A DNA stretch of 64,000 bases from Spirochaetota bacterium (GTDB lineage Bacteria; Spirochaetota; UBA4802; UBA5550), in assembly GCA_963663865.1 (NCBI GenBank), contig OY760686.1:2400001-2464000 (forward strand), given 5' to 3'. The position numbers and the translations under genes were made by a program. Position 1 is the stretch's first letter. Each line of letters begins with the position of its first letter. Below the pieces are notes generated by a model. It ran no database searches and was not told the DNA's origin. It saw nothing but the letters and a program-made list of their open reading frames with translations. Shown here one piece after another: positions 1 to 9,128 of this stretch.

Positions 1-1
1 C

Positions 2-850
2 GCGGCCCAGTCCAACCGCATTGCCAATCATGAGATACAGCTCACTATTCAGGGCCAGACCATCACCAGCATTTACGGCACCGAAGAGCACTTCAGCCAC
101 AACTTTGAGCAGCTGCTCGTTGCCGGAATGACAAACTGCCTTTCGGGAAAGGACAATGTCATATCCGAAGACTCGAGGGCGCTCATTGAAGAGCTCTCCG
201 AGATAAGCTATGAGTCCTATACATCGCTCAAGAACCACGAGATGTTCGTGCCCTACCTTGAGAACAGAAGCCCGCTGAAATACTACGGAAAGGCAAAGAT
301 AGGCAGCAGGCCGGCCAAAAGGACAAAGGCCGAGAAACTCGACCTCAAGGACCTCAGGGCGATACCCTTTGTCGGCTCGTGGAGCCAGATAAAGCAGAAC
401 GTCCCCGGATACTACGGCATCGGCACAGCGCTCAGGAGGCTCGCTGACTCAGGAAGGCTTGAAGAGCTCAAAAAGGCCTTTCAGGAAGTACCCTTCTTCA
501 GGGCCCTCATTCTGAACAGCATGATGTCGCTTATCAAGTGCAACTTCGGGCTTACGAAGTACCTGTCAGAAGATCCGGAATACGGGGGCTTCTGGAAAAT
601 GCTCTACGATGAATACGAGCTATCAACAGAGATGACGCTGCTCATTTCGGGCTACAGCACACTGATGGAGAAGGAGCCAGTAACGAGAAGCTCAATTCTC
701 ATCAGGGAGAGAATTGTGCTTCCACTTCTGATCATTCAGCAGTACGCCCTCATGAAGCTCGAAAGCGGCGACGAGAACCGGGAGGTCTACGAGAAGATTA
801 TTGAGCGGTCCATGTACGGAAACATCAACGCGAACCGTAATTCTGCGTGA
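2..850 (+). CDS. ppc: Phosphoenolpyruvate carboxylase, C-terminal part (truncated by window start)
   Basis: Frame is open from position 2 (EIQLTIQGQTITS); PEPC motifs IGSRPAKR and LRAIPFVGSWSQ; C-terminal RNSA. Confidence 0.93.
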   Translation, partial: AAQSNRIANHEIQLTIQGQTITSIYGTEEHFSHNFEQLLVAGMTNCLSGKDNVISEDSRALIEELSEISYESYTSLKNHEMFVPYLENRSPLKYYGKAKIGSRPAKRTKAEKLDLKDLRAIPFVGSWSQIKQNVPGYYGIGTALRRLADSGRLEELKKAFQEVPFFRALILNSMMSLIKCNFGLTKYLSEDPEYGGFWKMLYDEYELSTEMTLLISGYSTLMEKEPVTRSSILIRERIVLPLLIIQQYALMKLESGDENREVYEKIIERSMYGNINANRNSA

Positions 851-864
851 GCAAAAACAAACAG

Positions 865-885
865 CCGGGCCCTTCGAGGGCCCGG
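865..885. terminator. GC hairpin between convergent ppc and lipoprotein gene
   Basis: CCGGGCCC-TTCGA-GGGCCCGG with an A-tract upstream and a T-tract a few nt downstream. Confidence 0.7.
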
Positions 886-1023
886 AAAATGCATTTTTTC
901 GTCAGAGATTAGATAATGTACAATATCGATAAACGCGGCAATCTCTCATTAAAACAGAAAAATCGGGGAAACGGCTTTGAAATTTCAGGTTAATCTTCCC
1001 AGTTCAGATTATTAATTACTATT

Positions 1024-1635
1024 TTATTCAGCCCGCGCAAATGTATAAGTTGATTTTAAAGACGTATCTCTACTGTTATTCAAATACAGGAAACTATTGT
1101 CTTCAGAAAGACTTAGCTCCATATTTGAAGGCAGTTCTATGCCGTTGCTTGAATAACAAACCTCTTCACCATTGAACGTATACTCCTGAGTATCATCACA
1201 TTCCTGCGTTTTATCAACACTTAATATAATTACAGGATAATTTGAATCATCAATATCAGACTGTACATAATACAAAATTATTTTACCAAAAAGAACAAGC
1301 TCGTTATTTTTAAACATCTTAAAAATGCCGGTCTCTTCGATTTTCAGAAGGTCATAATCTTCGGTAACGGAATCAGTACAGCTTACAGCTAAATCCCCTC
1401 CGCATAGTGAAGACGGCACCCAGCTGCTATAAACGGCCATATAATTATCAGGAAATATTTCCTCATCATAGTAATAATTTTCCGGGAGATTGGCGGTATC
1501 ATTGAGTCTGGTAATGTCAGAACCAATGTTTGATGCATCATCAGAATCTGTTGTATCACACGAAGGAATCATTAAAACTGTTAAAATACATATCAGCATA
1601 GACACAAACACACTAACGAACTGTGAACTTTTCAT
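1024..1635 (-). CDS. Hypothetical acidic lipoprotein
   Basis: 203 aa; hydrophobic signal ending MIPS-C; GGAGG RBS; AT-rich; no family recognised. Confidence 0.7.
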   Translation of the reverse strand: MKSSQFVSVFVSMLICILTVLMIPSCDTTDSDDASNIGSDITRLNDTANLPENYYYDEEIFPDNYMAVYSSWVPSSLCGGDLAVSCTDSVTEDYDLLKIEETGIFKMFKNNELVLFGKIILYYVQSDIDDSNYPVIILSVDKTQECDDTQEYTFNGEEVCYSSNGIELPSNMELSLSEDNSFLYLNNSRDTSLKSTYTFARAE

Positions 1636-1929
1636 TTCTCATCCTCCTGTATTTTAAAAAGCACATCCATTTAATTATAGTAACATAAGCACACTTAAGT
1701 CAATATATTTTTAAAATTTTAAATTCTTGCATCCAAAATAAGGCATGGTTGATTCTCATACGATTAGAACAATACCGCTAATCTGTGATGGAAAGAAAAA
1801 CTATGGTGAAGCATTCGCCTTCACAAGAATCAGGAAATCGATTGAAGTTCAGCAATGCCAGAAAAGACCCTGATGTATGTTCAACTGTTTTCATGGGACA
1901 GGCAAGTCAGAAATGATTTATTGAATCCC

Positions 1930-2811
1930 TCACTGATGAAGACTGCCGCATATCTCCCAGAAAACGCGTACCGGCGCCGGGACAATGCCCGTTTTGCGCG
2001 TACAGAAACCCACCCTGTAAGGCTTTAAAGCAGGCTTTATCTCAAGAACTCTGATGCCGTCCTTAAGCGGGCTCTGGTCGAGGACAAGGCCTGGCACAAC
2101 GCCTATCCCGCAGCCCAGGCTGACCATAGCGATAATGGCCTCGTTGCCGGAGACATCGGCATAGACGTTCATCTTCTTCATCTTGACTCTGAACATGTCC
2201 TCAACGCGTTCTCTTGCAAGCCCCTGCTCCGGCAGTATGAGCGGCAGGTCCCACCATGACCTCCAGTCGGCTTTGAGTCTGTCGCTAACATAGCATCCGC
2301 ACTCCGGTGCTATGAACAGCAAGGGCGTGACTGAGTGTTCAAGAAAGTCAATATCATCCGGAAGCATATCCGGCCTTGCCGCTACAGAAATATCCGCGGC
2401 CCTGTCCTGAAGCATTCTGACAGCCCTCGACTCCTCTCCAGTTTTAAGCTTGATATGCACCTTCGGATACTCTGCCCTGAACCTGTCCAGGATACCATGG
2501 AGAACACCGTAAGCGGCCGTTACGGAACAGTATATATTGATTTCGCCCTGAAGCTCCTCCTCGGCTGTCCTTTCCCTGAAAAGCCTCCACCTGTTCAGCG
2601 CGTCAGATGCATATTCCTTGAAAAGCCGTCCAGCGGGAGTAATAAGCACTCTGCGGTTGTCGCGTATAAACAGCTGCTGCCCTGTTTCCTTTTCAAGACG
2701 CTGAATAATCCGGCTCAGCCCCGAAGGCGTTATAAAACACTCACGGCTTGTTTTGCCAAAATGAAGCGTTTCTGACAGATGCAGAAACAGCTTTAATGAA
2801 TCAAGATCCAT
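1930..2811 (-). CDS. ilvY: LysR-family transcriptional activator IlvY
   Basis: LysR HTH MDLDSLKLFLHLSETLHFGKTS; IlvY-like CSVTAAY and VSGNEAIIAMVSLGCGIG; divergent from ilvC. Confidence 0.9.
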   Translation of the reverse strand: MDLDSLKLFLHLSETLHFGKTSRECFITPSGLSRIIQRLEKETGQQLFIRDNRRVLITPAGRLFKEYASDALNRWRLFRERTAEEELQGEINIYCSVTAAYGVLHGILDRFRAEYPKVHIKLKTGEESRAVRMLQDRAADISVAARPDMLPDDIDFLEHSVTPLLFIAPECGCYVSDRLKADWRSWWDLPLILPEQGLARERVEDMFRVKMKKMNVYADVSGNEAIIAMVSLGCGIGVVPGLVLDQSPLKDGIRVLEIKPALKPYRVGFCTRKTGIVPAPVRVFWEICGSLHQ

Positions 2812-2826
2812 TGGGATTAACCTTTA

Positions 2827-2872
2827 TTGATATTTTATCAACACTACATTCTTTTTATTTCATATAATGCAA
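2827..2872. promoter_or_regulatory. Putative tandem IlvY operators
   Basis: TTGATA-TTT-TATCAA (2827-2841, perfect inverted arms) and TTTCATATAATGCAA (2858-2872); both T-N11-A, centres 31 bp apart. Confidence 0.6.
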
Positions 2873-2993
2873 CCACTTATTTTATTTACATTGAAAGGGC
2901 ATGACAGACTAAGTTCCTTATCGCGGGCCGCATTCTTAAAACATTGAGAACTGCCGTCGCGGAATCATTTAACAAAAAAATGGAGAAAGCATT

Positions 2994-4466
2994 ATGGAGC
3001 TTAATTTTGAAACATCGGCATTTGAAAAGGAAAAGGTACAGATGGGAACTTCCTTCGAATACATCGTTAAGGGCGGAAGAGACAAATTCAGCAGACTCTC
3101 AGATGCCTTCAGCGGAATTGAACAGATTGGAGTAATCGGATGGGGCTCGCAGGGATTCGCCCAGTCACAGAACCTGCGGGATTCGCTTGAAGGGACCGGC
3201 ATCAGGGTTAAAGTAGGTTTGCGGAACGGGTCATCTTCTGCGGTAGAAGCGGAAAAAGCCGGTTTTTCCGCAAAGGACAACACACTCGGTGAGATGATGG
3301 ACGTCGTCTCTGAATCAGACCTTGTCATACTTCTGATTTCCGACGCGGCCCAGGTTGAGCTCTATCCACAGATTTTCAAGGCCCTCAAGCCTGGCGCGAC
3401 CCTCGGGCTTTCACACGGATTTCTCGTCGGATACCTGGAATCTAAAGGTGAGTCATTTCCGGAGAATATCAACATCATCGGTGTCTGCCCCAAGGGAATG
3501 GGATTGTCTGTAAGAAGGCTCTACGAACAGGGCCGTGAGATTGGAGGCGCGGGAATAAACACAAGCTTCGCTGTCTATCAGGATGTTGACGGAAGGGCAA
3601 CGGATTACGCCTTAGGCTGGTCGGTGGCTATCGGCGCGCCGTACATATTCATGACAACACTGGAAAACGAATACAAGTCGGACATCTACGGCGAAAGAGG
3701 AATTCTGCTCGGGGCTGTTTACGGAATAGTTGAAAGCGTTTACAGACGCTATCAGGCTGAGGGGAAAACACCGGAAGCAGCCTACCTTTCAACAGTTGAA
3801 TCTATTGCCGGCCCAATATCGGCGCTTATCTCCAAAAAAGGCCTGAAGGCCGTGTACGAGTCTTTCAACGACGAGGAAAAAGCGTTATACAAAAAGGCGT
3901 TCACAGCGGCCTACAACCCCGCGTTCAGCGTTCTTCTGGAAATGTACGATGAAGTCGCAAGCGGCAACGAAATCAACTCTGTCATCCTTGCCGGCAAAAG
4001 AGCAAAACGTTTCCCTATAAGCAAAATAGAAAACAGCCCGATGTGGAAGACCGGGAAGAAGGTCCGCGAGAACAGAGATTACAGCAAAATACCTGTTGAT
4101 CCGTTTGTAGCAGGAATCTACATGGCTGTCATGGCAGCCCAGATAGATGTGCTGGCAGAACATGGGCATCCCGGCTCAGAGATAGCGAATGAATCCGTTA
4201 TTGAGGCTGTAGATTCGCTGAACCCGTTCATGTTCGCTCAGGGACTCTCGTCAATGGTTGATAACTGTTCGGTGACCGCCCGCCTTGGAGCCAGGAAGTG
4301 GGCCCCGAAATTCCATTACATGCTTGAAGAGGAAGTATATCCTGCAATAGACAGCGGCGCTCCCGCTGACGAGGATATTTTCAACAAGTTCATGAACAAT
4401 CCGATTCACGACGTAATCGCCGTATGCGCTGAGCTCAGGCCGAGCGTCGATATAAAGGTCCAGTAG
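2994..4466 (+). CDS. ilvC: Ketol-acid reductoisomerase, long plant-like form
   Basis: IGVIGWGSQG, LGLSHGF, VCPKGMG, EYKSDIYGERGILLG, NESVIEAVDSLNP, TARLGARKWAP. Confidence 0.95.
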   Translation: MELNFETSAFEKEKVQMGTSFEYIVKGGRDKFSRLSDAFSGIEQIGVIGWGSQGFAQSQNLRDSLEGTGIRVKVGLRNGSSSAVEAEKAGFSAKDNTLGEMMDVVSESDLVILLISDAAQVELYPQIFKALKPGATLGLSHGFLVGYLESKGESFPENINIIGVCPKGMGLSVRRLYEQGREIGGAGINTSFAVYQDVDGRATDYALGWSVAIGAPYIFMTTLENEYKSDIYGERGILLGAVYGIVESVYRRYQAEGKTPEAAYLSTVESIAGPISALISKKGLKAVYESFNDEEKALYKKAFTAAYNPAFSVLLEMYDEVASGNEINSVILAGKRAKRFPISKIENSPMWKTGKKVRENRDYSKIPVDPFVAGIYMAVMAAQIDVLAEHGHPGSEIANESVIEAVDSLNPFMFAQGLSSMVDNCSVTARLGARKWAPKFHYMLEEEVYPAIDSGAPADEDIFNKFMNNPIHDVIAVCAELRPSVDIKVQ

Positions 4467-4484
4467 CAGAAGCCTCACCTCTCC

Positions 4485-4520
4485 CGGTTTCATGCGGAAT
4501 TCCCGCATGAAACCGCTTTC
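4485..4520 (+). terminator. Intrinsic terminator after ilvC
   Basis: 13-bp stem CGGTTTCATGCGG / CCGCATGAAACCG followed by CTTTT. Confidence 0.8.
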
Positions 4521-4707
4521 TCTTGCAGTGAATCTCCTTCATTATTTTTAGTTCTTCAATAAACTCATTTTTCTGGAAATATTTTCTCTGCTGAATATAT
4601 TTAAAGTACCAGCCGCTTTTGGTATCTGTTATACTTTTCTGCCTTTTCAGGTTTATGGCCTGTTCCCATAACAGGGAACGGAGAGATGTGCAAAACTAAA
4701 TCGGAGG

Positions 4708-5364
4708 ATGAGGATGAGAATTAAAGGAAAAGTGTATTTGTTGTTCTGTCTGGTCTCTTTAATTGTTCTAATTGGATGCGGAGGCGATGACACAGATGGT
4801 GTCGGAGGCGCCGGAGCTGATTTTGATGCCTCTCTCTACTATTCAAAAACTGATCTCGACGGAGGCGCGCTGGACGGCAGGTACTTTACGGAAACAGAGC
4901 TTAACACCGGAGAGCTGGACTCAAGGTACTATCAAAAAACTGATGTCGACGCGCTTGTGCCCTCTGTTGACGACACAACATGTTTCCTTGACGGATACGA
5001 CAGCTCTGGGACTCCAGCTCCGTTCGGATGGGACAGCCGCACAGACAGTCAGTCAAATGAAACATCAAGCAGTTACGCCGGTTGGACTGTCCCGGATGAC
5101 GCAAGATTCGCGCTTTTCCAAATAGAGATTAACAACTGCACCGCTACGACTCCGGTCAGCATAACCTGGGCGGCTGACATTAATAATTCGGCAGCAACCA
5201 TCACGATCCATCAGGATCTGTTTAAATCTTCGGTTACAACCTGCTTTGTGCCTGTATCAAATTTCCAGGGTGATACGCTCTACGCCTACATCGGCATGGG
5301 ATTTGACCCGGGAATAACCTATGCTAATCCAATATCAATACGGCCTGTAATATACTTCAGGTAG
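4708..5364 (+). CDS. Lipoprotein with three 15-aa LDxRY(Y/F)x(K/E)T(D/E) repeats
   Basis: Lipobox LIG-C; Gly/Asp linker; tandem repeats; C-terminal beta-rich domain. Confidence 0.75.
   Translation: MRMRIKGKVYLLFCLVSLIVLIGCGGDDTDGVGGAGADFDASLYYSKTDLDGGALDGRYFTETELNTGELDSRYYQKTDVDALVPSVDDTTCFLDGYDSSGTPAPFGWDSRTDSQSNETSSSYAGWTVPDDARFALFQIEINNCTATTPVSITWAADINNSAATITIHQDLFKSSVTTCFVPVSNFQGDTLYAYIGMGFDPGITYANPISIRPVIYFR
4822..4956 (+). repeat. Three 45-bp (15-aa) tandem coding repeats
   Basis: FDASLYYSKTDLDGG / ALDGRYFTETELNTG / ELDSRYYQKTDVDAL; DNA copies tactattcaaaaactgatctcgac and tactatcaaaaaactgatgtcgac. Confidence 0.75.
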
Positions 5365-5371
5365 CATATCT

Positions 5372-5402
5372 GAGGGCCTCCTGCCCCGGGCGGGAGGCCC
5401 TC
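5372..5402 (+). other. Strong intergenic stem-loop without U-tract
   Basis: GAGGGCCTCCTGCCC / GGGCGGGAGGCCCTC between co-oriented genes. Confidence 0.55.
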
Positions 5403-5417
5403 GCTATGGAGAAGATA

Positions 5418-6020
5418 ATGAAGCTTGTACACTTAATATTGCTGTTCAGCTTAGTGTCGCCCTTCTGCTCTCCTGACAGGCCATCAGTTGATGGGCCTCA
5501 CCGATGGGCCGCATCCTCGATAGAATTCTATCTCAATAAGGAAGCTAACTTCCTTACAGAGACGGTTGTCCGGGAGACCTTCCAGAGCTGGGCTGAAAAG
5601 ACACACTTCAGCTTTGTGTACAAAGGACGTAACAAAGCAGGAATCATCAGGGATGGGAAAAACACTGTTTCCTTCCTGATTCGATGGCCCAATGATATCC
5701 CGATCAATAAGACGGCGTACTGCAGGTCATGGTACGACAGAAAGGGCAATATTATTGAATCCGACATCATATTCAACATGCAGCTTGCCAGATTTACGAC
5801 CCTTCGCACAAACAAACCGGACTCATACTTAATTGAAGGTGTTCTTTCGCATGAAATCGGGCACATGATCGGACTCAATCACATCGATAACAAGCAAAGC
5901 CTTATGAAGAGCTTCTCTCCTGTAGAGGAATCGTACTTCAAAGGCAGAATTGACAGTCTCACCATAAACGCCTACAGAGAGCTCTACTCCGCGGTCTTTC
6001 AGGATGAAAAGCGAAAATGA
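5418..6020 (+). CDS. Secreted matrixin (M10) family zinc metalloprotease
   Basis: HEIGHMIGLNH zinc motif with SLM Met-turn; IIESDIIFN; signal peptide. Start 5418 has GGAG upstream; alternative start 5406. Confidence 0.85.
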   Translation: MKLVHLILLFSLVSPFCSPDRPSVDGPHRWAASSIEFYLNKEANFLTETVVRETFQSWAEKTHFSFVYKGRNKAGIIRDGKNTVSFLIRWPNDIPINKTAYCRSWYDRKGNIIESDIIFNMQLARFTTLRTNKPDSYLIEGVLSHEIGHMIGLNHIDNKQSLMKSFSPVEESYFKGRIDSLTINAYRELYSAVFQDEKRK

Positions 6021-6147
6021 TTCGATTACGCCGATATCCCCAACCCAAAAAAATATAGTTGATGCAAAAGTTGCTTTAGAAATAATTCTTTATCTTTAAG
6101 ATATTAAATGCTGTAATGGAGTATATAATAATTATCTGGAGGCTCTC

Positions 6148-6759
6148 ATGAAACAACGCCGCATAATCTTTCTTTTATTAGCAGCGGGCTTTTTTTTCTC
6201 ACTCATCCCTGGTCTTTCCGCCACGGACTTCAGCGGAATATGGATAGTTAAAAAGGATAAATACCAGATTGTGGTCAATAAAAGCGGCAGCGGCTACAGC
6301 TTCAAAAAGATTTCATTCTGGAAGGGGAAACGCAGCGAACATTCTGGAACCTTTACGGTCAGGGGCAACCGCCTTCAGATAAAATATGCCGCCGGAACAA
6401 CCGCCTCAGCTGTCATCAAAACGCCTGAGCACTTTGTCGAATCGTCGACAGTAAACTGGGAAAAAGTCAAAAACTCAACCGACTTCCCTTCATTTTCCAT
6501 CAGCGGTAAATGGAAGCATTTCAACTCGGAAATAATACTGACGCAAAAGGGAAATACTGTTACCGGGAAGAAGATGTTTAACGGCAAGGTTATGTCAAAT
6601 TACACCGGCCTGATCGAAGGGTACCTTTTGAAGCTTAAAGAGGAGCAGCAGGGCGCCCGTCCCATGGAACTTTCATTGCTGATACTTGACAACAGCAGAA
6701 TACTATTTGCCGCCGGATGGGGTCCCAGAGACAATCTCTGGGAAAGAGTGAAACCATAG
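6148..6759 (+). CDS. Secreted hypothetical protein with two similar small beta domains
   Basis: Signal peptide ending LSA; FSGIW and ISGKW repeat units; GGAGG RBS. Confidence 0.7.
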   Translation: MKQRRIIFLLLAAGFFFSLIPGLSATDFSGIWIVKKDKYQIVVNKSGSGYSFKKISFWKGKRSEHSGTFTVRGNRLQIKYAAGTTASAVIKTPEHFVESSTVNWEKVKNSTDFPSFSISGKWKHFNSEIILTQKGNTVTGKKMFNGKVMSNYTGLIEGYLLKLKEEQQGARPMELSLLILDNSRILFAAGWGPRDNLWERVKP

Positions 6760-6781
6760 AGCTCTGACTTTCCATTACTCT

Positions 6782-6800
6782 GGGCGGCGCCAGGCCGCCC
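6782..6800. terminator. Hairpin between convergent genes
   Basis: GGGCGGC-GCCAG-GCCGCCC; no good U-tract. Confidence 0.4.
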
Positions 6801-9076
6801 TATCTATCAAGAACCTCTCTGACTACTGCAGCCAGTTCCTTCCTGTTAATTGGCTTATATATGAGCTTTTTTATCCCCGCCTCTTCAGCTATTTCATTAT
6901 TCATCGTATCGCTGTATCCGGTATACAGGATTATCCTTGCATCAGGACGGATTGATACAATTTTTTTTGCAAGGTTTAAACCTGTCATGTGCGGCATTGT
7001 CTGATCGGTTATTATCAGATCAAAGGAATATGGCGACCTGGTAAATATTTCCAGGGCCCTGACACTGCTGTTTGAGGTAGTCACTGAATAACCAAGAGAG
7101 CTTAAAACTTCCTCTCCCATCTCGAGAAGAAGTTCTTCATCATCCACAAACAACAGCCTCTCCTTCCCCAGCGATAAAACAGGTTCTTCATCATTCACTG
7201 TTTCATCCGGATCGGTGCAGACATAGGGCAGCAAAATTGTAAAGGAAGTACCTTTCCCCTGCTTGCTTGAGACAGATATTTCACCTCCGTGGTTTTTGAC
7301 AATTCCCTGAACTACAGCAAGTCCCATACCAGTCCCTCTGCCAACTTCTTTTGTCGTATAATATGGCTCAAAAATCCTCTCAATAATATCAGGAGGAATT
7401 CCATTCCCGTCATCCGAAATCGTAAGTTCCGCGTAAGGTCCTGTAACCAGTCCCTTAAACCTTTCCATATCTTCATCCGTTAGAATACGAGACGATAATG
7501 AGATTTTTATTACCCCGCCGTTTTCATCCATAGCATGTGACGCATTGGTACATAAATTCATTAATATCTGATGAATCTGTGTTGCGTCTGCATAGATAAG
7601 CCCATACTCCTTTTCTGAAGAAAATGATATTTCTATTGTCGAAGGCAGTGTTGAACGAATAAGCGTAATTTCTTCACTAATTATATCAGATAGCCTTACA
7701 TTTTTCTTTTCTTCACGTGTTTTTCTGCTAAAAACGAGTATCTGATGAATAAGTCTTTTTGCACGCTCAGAAAGCTTAAGAATTAAGTTATTATACTTCT
7801 GAACACGCTCATCAGTCTTTCCCTTTTCTACAGCGAGTTCAGCATAACCAATTATTCCCGTTAGTATATTGTTAAAATCATGAGCAATTCCTCCCGCAAG
7901 GGTGCCTATAGCTTCCATCTTGTGAAACTGCCTCATTGCATCATCAACCTTCTTGCGTTCGGTTATATCATAAAAAAGTCCAAGCACTCCAAAAATATAT
8001 CCTGAATCATTTCTCAATGGCGCTTCATTTATAAGAAAAAATTTTTCTCCGGATATTGGCAAAAACAAAGTCACTTCCCTGTCATAGACAGGTCTGCCTG
8101 ATGTCATGACTTCGTCCTCTATTTTTCTCAAAGACTCAGCGTCTTCATCAGTCCATGGCAGAGAATGATCGGTGTTACCGATTACCCTGTCAGAACTTTG
8201 TATCCTTAGAGCTTCTGCAAACGCCCTGTTACACCCGAGATATTTTAAAGATTTATCTTTCCAGAAAACATACTGTGGTATATTATCAAGGACGTTATTC
8301 AAAATCTCACTTTGTTCCAGCAGCTTATCTTCAGTTACTCTTCTTTCTTCAATTTCCATCTCGAGAGTGCTTCTTGATACTTCAAGCTCTTCAGCCATTC
8401 TGTTAATATCTTCGGCTAAATTCCCGATTTCATCTTTACTATCAAGCTCAATTTTTAAATCCAGGTTTCCTCTTTCAATCTCTTTAATCCCGGACTTTAG
8501 AACAGCAAAAGGTTTCGATAAAAAACGGGATATTATAATAGAAGTAAGCAGAGGTGCTATTATAATAATCAATAAGCTGATAATCACAAGGATATTCCTG
8601 TGTTCATCAAGATCTTCATCAATCGCGGTTTGTGATACTCCAAAATGAAGAACAGTATTTTCAGGCGCGCTTAAAAGAATCCTCAGATGCTGAATTCTCC
8701 TGCCGCTGCCGTCAACAATTGGCGTTACATCCACCATGGAAGAGTCCCCAATTGCTGAAAGAGAAAGCAATCCTCTCGGTACGCCTTTATTAAATGTATG
8801 AAGATAGACTTCCCCATTTTGTTCTGCAAAGATATAGTCAATGTAGGGGTCTATTTTTACGATTGAAGCATACAAGTTATATAGCTCAATCCTGTCATTT
8901 CTCAGGATATAGTCCTCTGACTTGAGAGCCGAAAGCCTGGCAAGCTCCTTTTCTGATCTTAAAACTGTATATCTGTGGTGTTTGAGTATCCACAAATGGG
9001 TGAAAAAAAACATACCCGCAATGATCACAAACGAAGAGATAAATACCAGAATAAAGATTTTGCGTGTAAATCTCAT
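6800..9076 (-). CDS. Hybrid sensor histidine kinase (2 TM, HAMP, PAS, HisKA, HATPase, REC)
   Basis: H-box LAGGIAHDFNNIL; QILMNLCTNA; DDGNGI; GRGTGMGL; receiver FVDDE and ITDQTMP. Confidence 0.92.
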   Translation of the reverse strand: MRFTRKIFILVFISSFVIIAGMFFFTHLWILKHHRYTVLRSEKELARLSALKSEDYILRNDRIELYNLYASIVKIDPYIDYIFAEQNGEVYLHTFNKGVPRGLLSLSAIGDSSMVDVTPIVDGSGRRIQHLRILLSAPENTVLHFGVSQTAIDEDLDEHRNILVIISLLIIIIAPLLTSIIISRFLSKPFAVLKSGIKEIERGNLDLKIELDSKDEIGNLAEDINRMAEELEVSRSTLEMEIEERRVTEDKLLEQSEILNNVLDNIPQYVFWKDKSLKYLGCNRAFAEALRIQSSDRVIGNTDHSLPWTDEDAESLRKIEDEVMTSGRPVYDREVTLFLPISGEKFFLINEAPLRNDSGYIFGVLGLFYDITERKKVDDAMRQFHKMEAIGTLAGGIAHDFNNILTGIIGYAELAVEKGKTDERVQKYNNLILKLSERAKRLIHQILVFSRKTREEKKNVRLSDIISEEITLIRSTLPSTIEISFSSEKEYGLIYADATQIHQILMNLCTNASHAMDENGGVIKISLSSRILTDEDMERFKGLVTGPYAELTISDDGNGIPPDIIERIFEPYYTTKEVGRGTGMGLAVVQGIVKNHGGEISVSSKQGKGTSFTILLPYVCTDPDETVNDEEPVLSLGKERLLFVDDEELLLEMGEEVLSSLGYSVTTSNSSVRALEIFTRSPYSFDLIITDQTMPHMTGLNLAKKIVSIRPDARIILYTGYSDTMNNEIAEEAGIKKLIYKPINRKELAAVVREVLDR

Positions 9077-9128
9077 TTAATCTGCCTGACTAAAGAGTAC
9101 TTTGCCTGGGTAAGCCCGGAGGTCCATT

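Noticed and set aside
1788-1916. Short 42-codon plus-strand ORF between the lipoprotein gene and ilvY
   Set aside because: No clear RBS and no recognisable features
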